A stretch of DNA of 64,000 nt from Balanoglossus misakiensis (lineage: Eukaryota > Animalia > Hemichordata): contig CM082587.2 of NCBI GenBank assembly GCA_040954595.2, forward strand, positions 1,517,000 through 1,580,999, read 5' to 3'. The notes beneath the pieces are model-generated. The model searched no databases. It had not been told where the DNA came from and saw only the letters and a list, made by a program, of their open reading frames with translations. Shown piece after piece: positions 51,739-64,000 of the stretch; position 1 is the stretch's first letter, and every line of letters begins with the position of its first letter. Both the position numbers and the translations under genes were made by a program.

Positions 51739-52918
51739 AATCATGTCGATTCCGGCGAAGACTTTTGTACATTTTCTTGATTCTTTCGATCCAAATTTAT
51801 AAGTGCATTTTTGTTCCACTCGGCCAGATCACTTTTCCTTTAACTTCCGCAACATAGTTCGCCACCAAAGCTATATTTGACGAGACAAGGCAGCGCTTGA
51901 CACATGTCAGTGTAGACTGGCTGGCAGAGTGATATCTCGCTGAACCACATTTACCAAGGCAATATTTCCTGATATCTGTTACTACCATCTACATCTGACT
52001 CTGTAGTTTCTTTTGCTGACATGATAAAATGCCACGCAGTTTCCCTCCCAACTTTTGAATTTACACTTTGGAAAGTGCAATAAAATATCTATAGTTTGAT
52101 GGACAAATGTATCGGCTGCATATTTATTTTTACCCAGCCCAAGATAGTGTCCAACGAATGTTGTTCCCTAGAGGTCAAGCATGCGTCGTGAATATGCAGG
52201 GATGCCATCTAGATCTTTTTCTGGGGACAATCATGCCAAATTATCAGTTACATAATGGTGGGTGCTCACCTAATGGACGGTGGATCGGAATTTTGCAAAG
52301 TTGACGGAATGGTAGATTCTTCCGTTGGAGTCTCACAACTTCCCAAAGAAATTCCCCAAATCCTGGAACAACCTGTCATTCTTTTATCGCTCTCTTCATG
52401 GATTTCTGCTTCACTTCTTGTTGCCTAACACCACGTTTTCACGGCGAAAGAAATGACACGAACGAAGTGGCCAGGGCGCGTACAAAATTATGAAAACACG
52501 TGGTAAAGCTATGCATTGCAGCAATACACGTTCCAATCGTTTATTGGCTGACAGGAAAGCAGTGTATACTTCGTGATTGGTTGTATATAACACCAGGTGT
52601 TGTCGATGTGTTTTAAAGCCAGATAATGCGTTCGTGTAGCGCAATCATGTATTGGACGACTGCCCCCAACTCGTGCATCGCTTTAGAATAGCGCCCTCAC
52701 ACAATATTGATAAAACTTTTTTTACTAATGTTCAAACACCCTTAAGCTTTTGTCACCGAAATATTAAACGATCTTGTCAATTATCAAGCTGCTCTGATCA
52801 TTAAACCATTGCCGCTTTGAAAAGAAAATGTAAATCTCGGAATACATAAACTCATGGAGTGAATTTTCAACTGAAATTATAGTGCTACTGTCAGAGCTCT
52901 GCACCACTTTCTGTAAAT

Positions 52919-53317
52919 GAAATAAGTTGTTAACTGCATTGACTTCCAACTACTGGTTTTCTACCGACAGTCAGGGTGGTCAATACTCTGATGACCGAAC
53001 AAATCATGTTTCAATGCAAAGGCCAAAATAATCCCTGTAAACACAGTGTCATGGTGGTCAGCGTTTTGTGCACAAAAAGACCACCCACTGTGACCCACAA
53101 CACTGAAGACATACTAGTGAGTCACTTTTGAAAATAAGTTGTTAACTGCATTGACTTCCAACTACTGGTTTTCTATCGACAGTCAGGGTGGTCATTACTC
53201 TGATGACCCAACAAATCATGTTTCAGTGCAAAGGCCAAAATAATCCCTGTAAACACAGTGCCATGGTGGTCAGTGTTTTGTGCACAAAACGACCACCCAC
53301 AACACTGAAGACATACT
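52919..53317. repeat. Local tandem duplication, two imperfect ~190-bp copies with a 212-bp period
   Basis: AAATAAGTTGTTAACTGCATTGACTTCCAACTACTGGTTTTCTA...CACTGAAGACATACT occurs at ~52,920-53,115 and ~53,132-53,317, differing by a few substitutions and a 10-bp indel. Confidence 0.92.
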
Positions 53318-53339
53318 TGTGTGCCACGACCCCTCTGGT

Positions 53340-53817
53340 GTTTCTGTGGCAACAATAATGCAATACAGTGAAGAAACTCAAGCTAAATATACTGTGATGC
53401 GTTATTGTAGTTGAGCCACTGATTCAGGGACACATTTTCTGATCTCTAAATCAGTGTTGACTATGTGGCATCCCCCAACAGAGACACAAAAACAATTCAC
53501 ATATTTCATTCTAAAACATTACTTTTATTAACCTTACACAAAGTACATTAACTGGGTATCTCATTGTCATGGCAACAAAGTAAATATCAGACACCAGCCT
53601 TGAGGGGGAGGGGGGGATATGACAGTCATCTTTTGAACAACAGCTACAATATAATACAGCATGGGGGTTAAACAAAAGAAACCAATGTTGCTAGTTGCCA
53701 TGCAAACAAGAGCCGATGCCAGGTTTCATAGCAACAAGACATTAACGACTCAATTCTTGTTAAATCTCTGGCTAACCTTAAAGCTTCAGACCCAAATTCA
53801 CAGATCGCCATGGCAAC
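53340..53817. promoter_or_regulatory. Cluster of five RFX X-box-like motifs
   Basis: GTTTCTGTGGCAAC (53340), ATTGTCATGGCAAC (53563), GTTGCCATGCAAAC (53694), GGTTTCATAGCAAC (53722) and ATCGCCATGGCAAC (53804) resemble the X-box consensus GTTGCCATGGCAAC. Confidence 0.45.
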
Positions 53818-56688
53818 CTTTTTTGAAAGAAATAAGATGTTAACTGTGACACTGATAAATGGTGGCAGTAGTTAAATAAATGTGGAGGCTTGGCGTCCAC
53901 TATCAGCCTCTCAGCTACACAACCCTGTACTATCAAGGAACAAAACCAAAACCACCATAGTCTGCCTAAAAGTACATCCTATACACGACCTATGATATAC
54001 ACTTTCCTATATACAACAGAATAAATAAGACTAAACAGTGTACAAAGACTGCTGAGGTTTTTACAATGCTGATAACATTTGAAATGATGATACTGATCAT
54101 GATGGGTGACATGTTTTAAAACCAATGCTGAAAATACATGCACTTCATAGACACAGTTCAATAGGCTTTTGTTCTGCAATTTCTTCCCAACAGGTGTTGG
54201 CGTTTACTTCTTTCTTAGAAACACATTACATTTCAGAGCATTCCTATTGGTACTTTGTTTCATGAAGCTAAAACACTGACAGTCGAAATAACGTAAACTT
54301 GAGAGAACCAAAAGTCTACCCACATATCGTCATACAGCCCAATGCAAGAAAACCCTACATTCTACAAAAACTTAAAATATCTATATTTCAGCATTTTCCA
54401 TGATTTTGTCCAGATTAAAATTTAAATATTTGTCCATGTAATGACGTGTCAGCGCATGTACATGTATTGCATGGCTATTTACTGCAAGCACAAAGCAAAA
54501 TTACATAACTATATTTACACTGTAATAACTCACTGCAGAGAATTATTTCATACTTCACTGTAACTATATACAATAGGTGATATTATTTGTAGCATTTGCC
54601 AACACGTAAATTGTTCAAGATTATTTTTTTTTCTCTTCTGTTGCTATAGTTTGTAAGTTTAAATAAAAATTGAGAGTTTTGCAAGAAAACAGATAATTCT
54701 ACATAAACAGAAAATGGGTGCAATATAGAGACAAGGAAAATTCAGAATGATTAAAGAAATGACTTGCCACCAATCCATCCCAATGCAGTCGCGAAAATGT
54801 GTTGAGTGATTTTCTACTAACAGTAATATACTTGTAAATCAAATATTGTCACCTGGGTCACTGATACAGGCATACACAAGCGATCTACCAACTCACACTG
54901 GCACTCATAAGCTGAACTGATTTCCTAGAATGGTTTCAAAATGACTCTCACAAATATTACCTTTTCAATCATACCTTCTCATCGTGAAAACTGTTAACTT
55001 CATTTGCTAGATGGATTATCTGTTTCTCTCGGGCAGGTGAGAAGGGAAAAAGTGGCAAATCCTATTTCAGTTTATTCGCTAACTGCTACTCCTTACGAAG
55101 AAATACAAGTCGACTTTCAAATGTGCTCTGACTTTGAACAACCAACACTACCAGGCTCATGCACACGAGAATGGTTAACAAGGTTAAATGATGCATTCCT
55201 TCAAAACAGTAGTGTACGTTTCTACAGAAAGCACGCTTTTTCCATGTTATCAATCAATCACTGCATAAACCCCCAGAAATGGTACTCTATCGTATAGTTC
55301 AACACTCTTTCTCTCTTTCTGGCTCTAGCGTAGAACTCTGATCTCATAGACACCACAGTTCCATCCTGGATTCCGGCTTTTTCCGTTCAACACTCTGTAA
55401 AAGCTTAAGTACATGCTGCCACCGGTGAAATCAAAACTAAAATCGTGCAGTCACTCTTTAATGTCTACTCCCTTACAGTGCTTTGAAAAGAAATTTGAAA
55501 ATAATCAAATAAACAAGCCAACTTTTTTTTAATTTAAACTTTTTAAATACTTTCTTGAAATATCAAGCATACTGTAAATTTTGTATCATTAGATTGCCAG
55601 AAATAAATTCAAAACAAAAAGCACTGTAAGAGTTTACAGGATGGTTTGACAAGTCATTGTAAAAACTATGGTAGTTATTTCATTTTTTCTTCTTCCTTCA
55701 TACTAGTATTTGTATTAAGTTTTCCATGCAAACAACTGTATTATCTCTGCTGAATTACTGTCTGTGCAACTTGAAACTGCACAAGGAAATGGACACAAAA
55801 TATTGCACATGTTGCCACAAAGAATTCCTACCAGCATGCCTTCTTTTTTCAGTGAAACAAGGGTCATTTTTCAGTATCTTTGATTCTATTTCAGATTGTG
55901 TTATCTTTGGATACATGAACTAAATCCAACTCAGACCCCGCTTACACTTTCCACACCCTACATCCCCTACTGCGTAATGGAAGATTCCTATTGCTGTCCA
56001 CAACCTATCCTGCCCATATCAGATGGTGCAACCAATGGGACCAGGCTAAAAAGACACTTGCATGAAACAAATGATTTCATAATCGTATCTGTAGGAAAGC
56101 TTTCCTACCCCTGAGTGATTTCTGCTAACTTCTTTAATGATTATAAAATACTCCTCACAATTTACATATGGCTCATACAAACAGGCATGCAAAGGAATTC
56201 CTCATAATTACTTCTTCATTAAAACCTTATTTTCAATTATCCCTTATAAATATGATCAGCTGACAGCATTATGTAGTGCATATATTTTCATGCACTCAGT
56301 TGCAAAATTACCCTTTTAAATTTCTGATGCTATTGCACATCGCGTTGATAAACAACAATAAATAACACGCAAACCATCCTCCAGTCATACAGCTAATAAT
56401 TGTTTATTCTGTATGCTCTATACATGACTGGGGGTATAGTGCGTGGTCATATTCCTAGCTCTGCAACTGAAAAATGTGAGAAACTAAAAGACTGCTGCAT
56501 TTTAATAATTCTGTCAACTGACAGAAGTGTCCATTTCCTTGCCAATGTCAGGTGCAACATAATTAATCAATAGGGATCTCCCACCAGCCATGATTGCTTT
56601 CTTGATTCCATCTAAAATAAACTCTAAATAAATAGAATATATTTTTCATATTTTTCGTTAAGTCCTTTTCCTGTTGTCATGGAAACAT
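53524..56688 (-). other. Probable long 3' UTR of the NPDC1-like gene, ending near a minus-strand AATAAA at 53,524-53,529
   Basis: Non-coding AT-rich sequence downstream of the NPDC1 stop, with TTTATT on + at 53,524. The end point is inferred. Confidence 0.4.
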
Positions 56689-57655
56689 TTATGGTTCATC
56701 TTTGGTCACTGGAGACTGCGGTTCTTGATCGTGGTCATCATTAAAGAGAGGGTTCTTCACGGTCATCTCACCGGCCTAAAAGTAAAACATAAATTCATTG
56801 AACATTTATGATCCTGTCCACATGGAATGAAAGCTACCAATGTACCATCTAAAGGGTAAATTGGTTTATTATCAACAGTTATATGTTTATAAATTGAAAT
56901 GACTATGATGATATCCTAACCAACATTTCCCAAAAGAATATTTGCATTATTTGTTTTTGTTATATCTCCTAGCAATTCATTTCCAAAATACTATGTTAAC
57001 AGATTTGGCAGGCAGCAATTGCCAAGTTGTTGACATACCGGCGCAAGTCCAGGGCATTCATACACTGTGTAGTCTCCTTCTTCATTTTCTTCTTCAGAAT
57101 CATCGTCTGAAACGTCTTGTTTTGCTTCACCACTTGAACGGCTGTTGGTTGAGCAATTAATTCAATCAATTAATTTAAAGAAAAAACATGGAAATGCAGA
57201 ATCTTCCACACTGAGCAGATCAAACATGTCATACTGAACAATGCAAATAGGTAGCATTTTTACCTTTCCATTGCTATCATTTGTTGTTTTTGGTGTTGAT
57301 AGTGATACATTTGGGCACTCTGTGCAAGTTTTCTGTCTCCATTCTGAAAGAATAAAAGATATACAAGTTAGGATTCCCTCTGACTCAATCTCTGTCTGTC
57401 TGTTTTAGTCTCTTTCAAACACACACACACACACACATAGCTCACACAAACAGCTTGTATTGCAGAGTCATGTAACTATGCAAAATGAAGCTAAAAGTAA
57501 AAGATCAAGCCACAACATCATTATTTTATTCCATAATGATCACAATGAACTGGGAACAAACACTCACTGAAACGGTTGATGATTTGGTACTTGGTCCTGT
57601 AACACCATAGGCCGGATAATCTGCTTCCCCAGCTGCTTTGGCACTCTGGTGGAGT
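56689..57655 (-). CDS. NPDC1: Neural proliferation differentiation and control protein 1 (NPDC1 / cab-1 family), last four coding exons (5'-partial)
   Basis: Exons 57655-57568 (LHQSAKAAGEADYPAYGVTGPSTKSSTVS), 57343-57264 (NGDRKLAQSAQMYHYQHQKQQMIAME), 57141-57039 (RSSGEAKQDVSDDDSEEENEEGDYTVYECPGLAP) and 56775-56689 (AGEMTVKNPLFNDD..EP*) splice in frame with GT-AG sites. The GD..LAQSA.MYHYQHQ and GD.TVYECPGLAP.GEM.V.NPLF motifs are the NPDC1 hallmarks. No TM exon was found in 57,656-64,000, so it presumably lies beyond the window. Confidence 0.95.
57419..57437. repeat. (CA)n microsatellite in an NPDC1 intron
   Basis: Run of about 9 AC units read directly from the sequence. Confidence 0.85.
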
Positions 57656-60600
57656 CTGAAAATAACAAAATAACACAACTGGTCAAAATTTTGGCGCCAT
57701 CTCCTCTAGGAACTAAATGAAGCTAAGTGGAAGCCTGTGCCCTTGTTGACATTTGATCATGTGAAATGCATAAAGTATACAACAACATCATGTACAGTAG
57801 GTTTAGAGTTTCCAGAAGGTTCTCCTGTGATAAAGCTGCTAAAAATCAAGAATATTTTCCTCTATGAAATTATACATAGCTACCTTATTTACACATTTAA
57901 ATATTCAATTTGTACTTTGACAATAACCTTAGATTCATTGTAAATATTTGATGAACATGAAACCAATATTTCTGTCATGAATGCCTGTCTTCAGTTTTGC
58001 ACAAAATCCAACCTTTCACAGTGAGGTAGCTATACGTGTACACAGGCAACGCAAATAAGTCTTGATTGTACAATGCAAGCACTTTCTTCAAACATTCTCA
58101 CTCATTTGCATAGATGGAGGTAAACATCCATGGATCTGTACATAATTCCTTTTAAGTTACTGCGCGGGAAACTTGTGAAAGAGTAAATTGCCCTCTTGGC
58201 CTCTATTTTATTTTAGCAAACCACACACACACAAATATACTGATAAGCTTTCAGAGGTTAATCTGGGATATGCAGTGTGACATTTAGGCTAGTCAAGGCA
58301 GTACTTCTACTGAAGGTAGTAGTACATTTTATAAGATTTTATAATTTTGCTTGAGATATTTACAAATGTATGTGGAAATGCTTTCAATTTTACATCTAAG
58401 TATGAAAATAAAAAGAAATGTATGTTGTAATAACTGTTTCATATGTTGACTAAATTTTACCAACATAAAAAACCATGACAACCATATGACCTTGGGCCAG
58501 GCAGAAACAATGGATCAATGTCAATATGCCTGAAATCTGTCACTTGACATTTTGAACTAATCAACTCCCACTGAACTTTCACGGGTGGCATTTGCATTTG
58601 GTTGACTATTTGGGTTGCCTTGGCCATCTCCTTCTGTTGATCTTACAAAGAATACGTCATGCTTGCACAATCAGATACTGTTTACAGTCAATAAACTCAT
58701 TCCTATAAAAGACCTTGGTAAAGACAATCCAATGGCAGACATCATAAAAATCACATCAATATTCCAGAGTAGTATTGGTTTATCAAGATTAGCGAGAAAA
58801 CGACACCTGAGTTCTGGAGATGTAACAATTCACTATCGCACGTTTTATTTTTCCCTTCAAATCTGGATATCGCAGGAGAGTTGTGTTTTTTTACTTTGAC
58901 AAAAGATTGTAATCATTATCGCTGATGCAGAATAAAGATTGACAGCTTTCAGCTGAGTATCGATAAATAAACCATGAATGGATGTGAATATACATGAATC
59001 TTCTCAACATGAAATCTTCTATGTTCAGGCATCTCTCTCACTAAAATCCCCAAGGTGATACAGCCAGGCTGGCTACTTTTTCACTGTTTAGCACGTACTG
59101 TATTTCTGTGCATTTCAAGATTAAAGAAAGTGTTTTTTGTCAAACCATGTGAATGTTTACCCTCGAGCCAAACACTGAAAGAGTAGTGGAGATAGTGGTA
59201 CATGTAGTTACATGCAAGAGATGAATTATGACAGATTCGTTGAGCCCACATTTAGCAGTAATTTCTGTGTTGCCATGCCAACCAGAAATAAAGTCTTTGA
59301 CAGCTACTACAATTCCCAATATCGCTCATTTGTGTTGCTATCGCCAATCAATAGAAAATTTACAGTTACACTGACACATACACATGTACTGTAGATGCAA
59401 ACTGTCTATTTTGTATCAGAGTTTCTAGCATTGAGGCTCCCAATCATGAAAACACAAATATAGCAAACTGTTTTCTAGTACTGATTATTTTCAGAAAGGT
59501 TGTATTAAATCTAAAGGCCAAACTATGAGTCAAATAATCCCTCTGCAGTTGCCACCACAGCCAAGCCTCAATACAGCAATCACATGCAGAGACACAACAG
59601 CCACAGAACTCCTTCAGTGTGCCTCACTATTTCATCTGAACCATCAAACACGACAACCGGTCAACTTACAGGGAAGGTTGGCAATTCCTCTAAGCTAGGC
59701 AAATAAACACAAAGATGGAAATTACATGCTGAATGATTGATGTGGGGGGTTTTGTCATTTCAAATCGACCCAATACTAGATGACTGACATTTCATTTCAC
59801 AAATCAATCAGGTTTCAATATGAAAACTGGCGAGTAATAACTAAAATGTCATATAAATTCTCAGCTAGCTAATTCCCAGAAGAAAATAGCACAGTGCATT
59901 GTATTTGCGATAAGGAACAATAACTTCTATGTCACTTCAATTTAATATTCTTTTCCACTAATAAACAAGACATTACATATTTACAAGATCAAACAATATT
60001 GTATACGGGTATAAAAATGGGTTATTAGAACAGTCTGCTTATAGTGTGAGGGAAAATGCAATTTGCTGATTCCAACAGAAGGACAATGACCTCTTTGCTA
60101 ATGTCTCAATTCAATTTTATAGTCATTTCCAGGAACACAAATATGATGGATCTACTGGAAGCAATAATCCAATCGTTTTGAAGTGCGTTTAGCTCTCAAT
60201 TGTTTTCTCGGAAAAGACCAGATAAGCTACAATTCACTTGTACTTCAGTGACTTTATATGCGACTGTAACTGTTTGAGTAATCAGCAGAAATGACATATC
60301 TTTGCCAGGGTCAGTCATGGTTGTACTTAGGAGATTTTGATTAACCTGAGGGGGAAAAACATTTTCTAAATGCAAAATATTGACAGAGTGTACAATTCAG
60401 GCATGATTTAGGAGCCTGTCTGCCCCAACTGTTAATTAACATGAAATATTCACATGGTTAGATTTCTAGTCAAATGCCACCTTTTTACATTCACACCTAT
60501 GTACTTGACAAAGGTGTTGGATTTTTCCCCTATAGCCTCACCTGCCTATGAATAATGTGCACAGAGAAAAAAAAGGGAAAAAAATGAGAATAATTTAATC

Positions 60601-63600
60601 TGCTTTTTTGGTCGACAGATTTATAAAAATAATGCAGCTAAACACTAAAAGGAAATTGATTGGCACTTTGACATAGTGTCTTGTAGTCATGAGAGACACC
60701 CGGCACAAAAGTCCCAAAGGACAAACAATCATTTCAAGATAATGACAAGTTTACCAGTATGACCTGTGCTCTACAGATGATAAGTCATTTATCTCTTATG
60801 GGGAAAGCAATCCATTGTTATCATGGCTATTAAAACTTGTTGCAGACATCAATCTTTTGTCATGAAATGTCAAATTTGACCCAAGTCCCCTCCTGGGTTG
60901 TCATTGACATCCCAGAACAGAGGATTCTGTAGGGCAGATGTCTTTTCCTCTTTTTGTCTATGAAACAAAATGAATTTTCATAGTAAAAACAAAGCACTTT
61001 CAAAACATTGTGTCAGATTAACCTTTGGCAAGATCTTTCTGAAGTTGCATGATGAGCAATTTGAGCGGAAATGTTCAAAAGCAATCAGGTGTGATTGTTA
61101 TGCGCCCAAACTTAATAAACCCACATTGTGATCAGCATCAAATTGACCTTTTCATGAAAACAAAGTGTAGGGAAGTTGATCAGTACTGCAACACTGCCTA
61201 CAAGAGGAGAGTGTACGGTCTATAAATTCCAAAGTTCAAGCACCCGTTTCAAACATCTTGTTTTGGTGTTGACAGAGGAAGTCCGTTCCATTTCAGTTTG
61301 CAAGGTCATCGATGATAAAAAATCATAAGATATGTGACATTTGAGATACGCCTACATATAGAGATTATATAAAATATGGATCACTTATTCAAGGTTAGAT
61401 ATGACTTCTTCCATCCTCCTTTGCAAGACATCAGAGCCCAAGGCTGTGTTGATAACAACGAAATTGTGCACACACGCACACTCAAAGGTTTTGGTAAGAC
61501 AAACAAGAATACCAGGTGATCATATGTTGTTGAAATTACATCACAACGTGCATGGAAGAGGATCGCAAACACAACAATCCACAATATTAACTGTGGCCAA
61601 TGTTGTTCGACGATATGCATCCGAAAACAATAGCTGTTTGTCAAATAAAATACCGGTATGTAGCAATACAACAAAAGGTCACCCACAAGGGAAAGTCTTT
61701 GAAATAAACCGACTGATATAGAATTCACATCACTCAGATAATATCTAGGAATACTGAATCCCTCGAGAGAAGAAACTTCGAGAAAAAATGTCTAATGCTT
61801 GACAGGGTCAATACATCATGATGTTAATTACAAGATAAACACAAAGCAAAGGTATATAGTTTTGGCATCATGAAGAACATGATCTAGATTTGAGACTTGA
61901 TTCCAACGCCTACACATAAATGTTCATACTTTGATATTAAAACACCAATTATATCAATGTTGCCATGGAAACCGTTTTGAAGACTGGGAGAAGAAACGAT
62001 GAAGACACTGAAATAGCACAGAACATCACAGTCTTCAGGGTAATTGCAAGTACTGTAGTCACTGACAAACAGCTGTGCTAATTAAACCACAGATAGGATG
62101 TTTTCAAGAATCCATATTCATCCAATCCATCGAGCAAAACACTAGCCTCCCCAAAAACCTGATACTGCCCACACCCAATAGCTTAGATGGCTCAAATGAA
62201 ATCAACACCTATTACCATGGCAGTATATTAAATCAATTACAAGGCATGCACTCCTTAAGATGGAGGGGAAAAAAGAAAAACAACATCACATTTTGTCTAC
62301 CTGGGCATTTTTGTGTGTGGGTGTGTAAATGCTGAAAACAGAGAGATGGACATGATGAAGAAAGCGCTAAGAACTTACAATCTTTCAGATGGATGAAGAA
62401 GTTTGTAAATTTCGGTGGAGCAATATCTGAAGAGATCATTGCACATGTAACAGCAACAAAACAGGTATCGAAGATTCGAGGATCTGGATGGCATGGCTGA
62501 CAGAACAGCAGCAATATCTGAATGTTCCTAGAAGAGATGTTCGTAGAGACTGCAAGCACCAGTTGTTCCTGTTTGTGTCACAACAGCAGCTTCATGAAGA
62601 GTATAAACACGACAAAAACTCTGCCTCAGAGACAAAAACAATCCATCTTCTGTGTGCAGTGATCAAGCAGCTCTGGGAGACCTACGGCAGGATATCCTTG
62701 AACTAAAGGCAAGCACCAGTAACGTCCCTTCTCAGGATGACATTATTATCCAAGTTAAGTATTTTCATCCACAGCTCCTACAGAATATCGATCGTAGTGG
62801 GCCAACAGCAAAACCCCTCTCCTTCTGCGAGAGATGACTGTCAACAATAACAACAACAAACAAACAACGTGGACTACGAATGAAGTTACTAAGAAACTAA
62901 CGGATCACGTCTCAACACACGCTGGCACACAAAGGAGACAATGAACCGAGATCAAGCCGTGTTAGTAGCTCATTACCAAGTCAGAATGCAAGACTCTCAT
63001 TAGCATCGGCCATCCCTCCTGCTTTGCATAATACGAACTACAAGTCTCAGAACGATACACGCAGTGGCAAACAAATCCACAATGTGTGCAAAGATACAGT
63101 AATACTGACACATCTGGTGTGACTCAATGAGCAATTGCCATGGTAACACTTGAGACGGACAATGACTTCCTCAGTAATTACTTCACTTGCATACATATAT
63201 GTACCCAGCATTGTTCATTTTGAGTCAGGTAAATTTCCAACACAGTATGAGGCCTGTACAGGTCAAAATTGCACAACTGACAATAAATATGTACAAAACC
63301 TTCACTGTAACTCTGGATTTGAATATTTCTTGCAGCTGCTGGTCTAGAAAACCACAACTACAGATCTACATTATTTTAAAAGAACCATTCATGAAATAGA
63401 ATATTTTACTACATTAATAGCAAATAAATTTGAATGTGAATATGGTTTAACTGACAGAAACATTTCATTATAATTCTTGAAACACAAGAGTTTACCTGAG
63501 CACAGATCAATAAAATCAATAACTATTTGACCAGGGGATAAGTTTTGATTTAACAAGACAGACGTCACCTTTAAATATTGACTTATGCCAATAAAGTGTA

Positions 63601-64000
63601 CCACTTCAATACAGCGGGGGCCTGGGTGTGAAAATAATTGTTTGGTTCTATATTTGGTGAAACATTCCAATGTTGCAACCATAGCAAGCATTTTGAAAAT
63701 CTCAGTTTATTTCTTCAGGGATTTTAATATCGCTACACTGCTAGATTATTCTGGAAAAGAATATTTTCTTTAAGCCAAAACACATAATAGGATCTTGAGT
63801 GCGATATACGGGTGTTTTAAAAATTAACGTTGCGATTCAGATGTTGATTTCTCAAAATGTTGCGAGAGGGCTCCCTTTCATATGACAAAACACTGGAATA
63901 ATGCCGAAGAACATTTTCTAATGTTCCCACGATGCACTTCTCACCATGGAATTACAATCCTCTTTGTGCAGGAAGGTAACGCGTTTGTGTTAGTCCCATC

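Noticed and set aside
61381-61728. Hydrophobic minus-strand ORF as the missing NPDC1 transmembrane exon
   Set aside because: It lacks the expected juxtamembrane C-W-x-R end and a phase-2 donor compatible with the exon at 57,655.
62340-62837. Purine-rich coding-looking patch in the NPDC1 intron (overlapping 61-72 aa ORFs)
   Set aside because: The frames are interrupted by stops and there is no transposase/RT motif or terminal repeat that I can recognise. It may be a decayed element but cannot be supported without a search.

Overview
Eukaryotic (animal) genomic DNA with GT-AG introns; gene content is compatible with a marine invertebrate, but the taxon is only an inference. Positions 1-~33,960 are one 87/88-bp satellite family arranged as two head-to-head arrays (about 100 monomers on -, about 285 on +), joined by a fold-back junction at 8,784-8,806. 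A diverged 'type B' monomer marks both ends of the + array, which shows nested higher-order duplications (~699, ~2,096, 3,141, ~8,038 and 1,311 bp). The array decays directly into the splice acceptor of a paraoxonase (PON) gene whose six visible exons correspond to vertebrate PON exons 4-9, so the satellite appears to fill a giant intron. Convergent with PON is a complete 24-exon minus-strand gene for a ~916-aa secreted protein: signal peptide, thyroglobulin type-1, WAP, then 21 LDLa modules (8 lacking the C1-C3 pair, one with an RGD-bearing insert). At 51.1-51.7 kb is a two-exon, 83-aa secreted prepropeptide with RRR/GRRK sites and a CX3C-X8-CX3C motif, which the ORF track captures only in part. 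The 3' end of an NPDC1/cab-1 orthologue lies on the minus strand at 56.7-57.7 kb. The long repetitive ORFs in the satellite are treated as non-coding.
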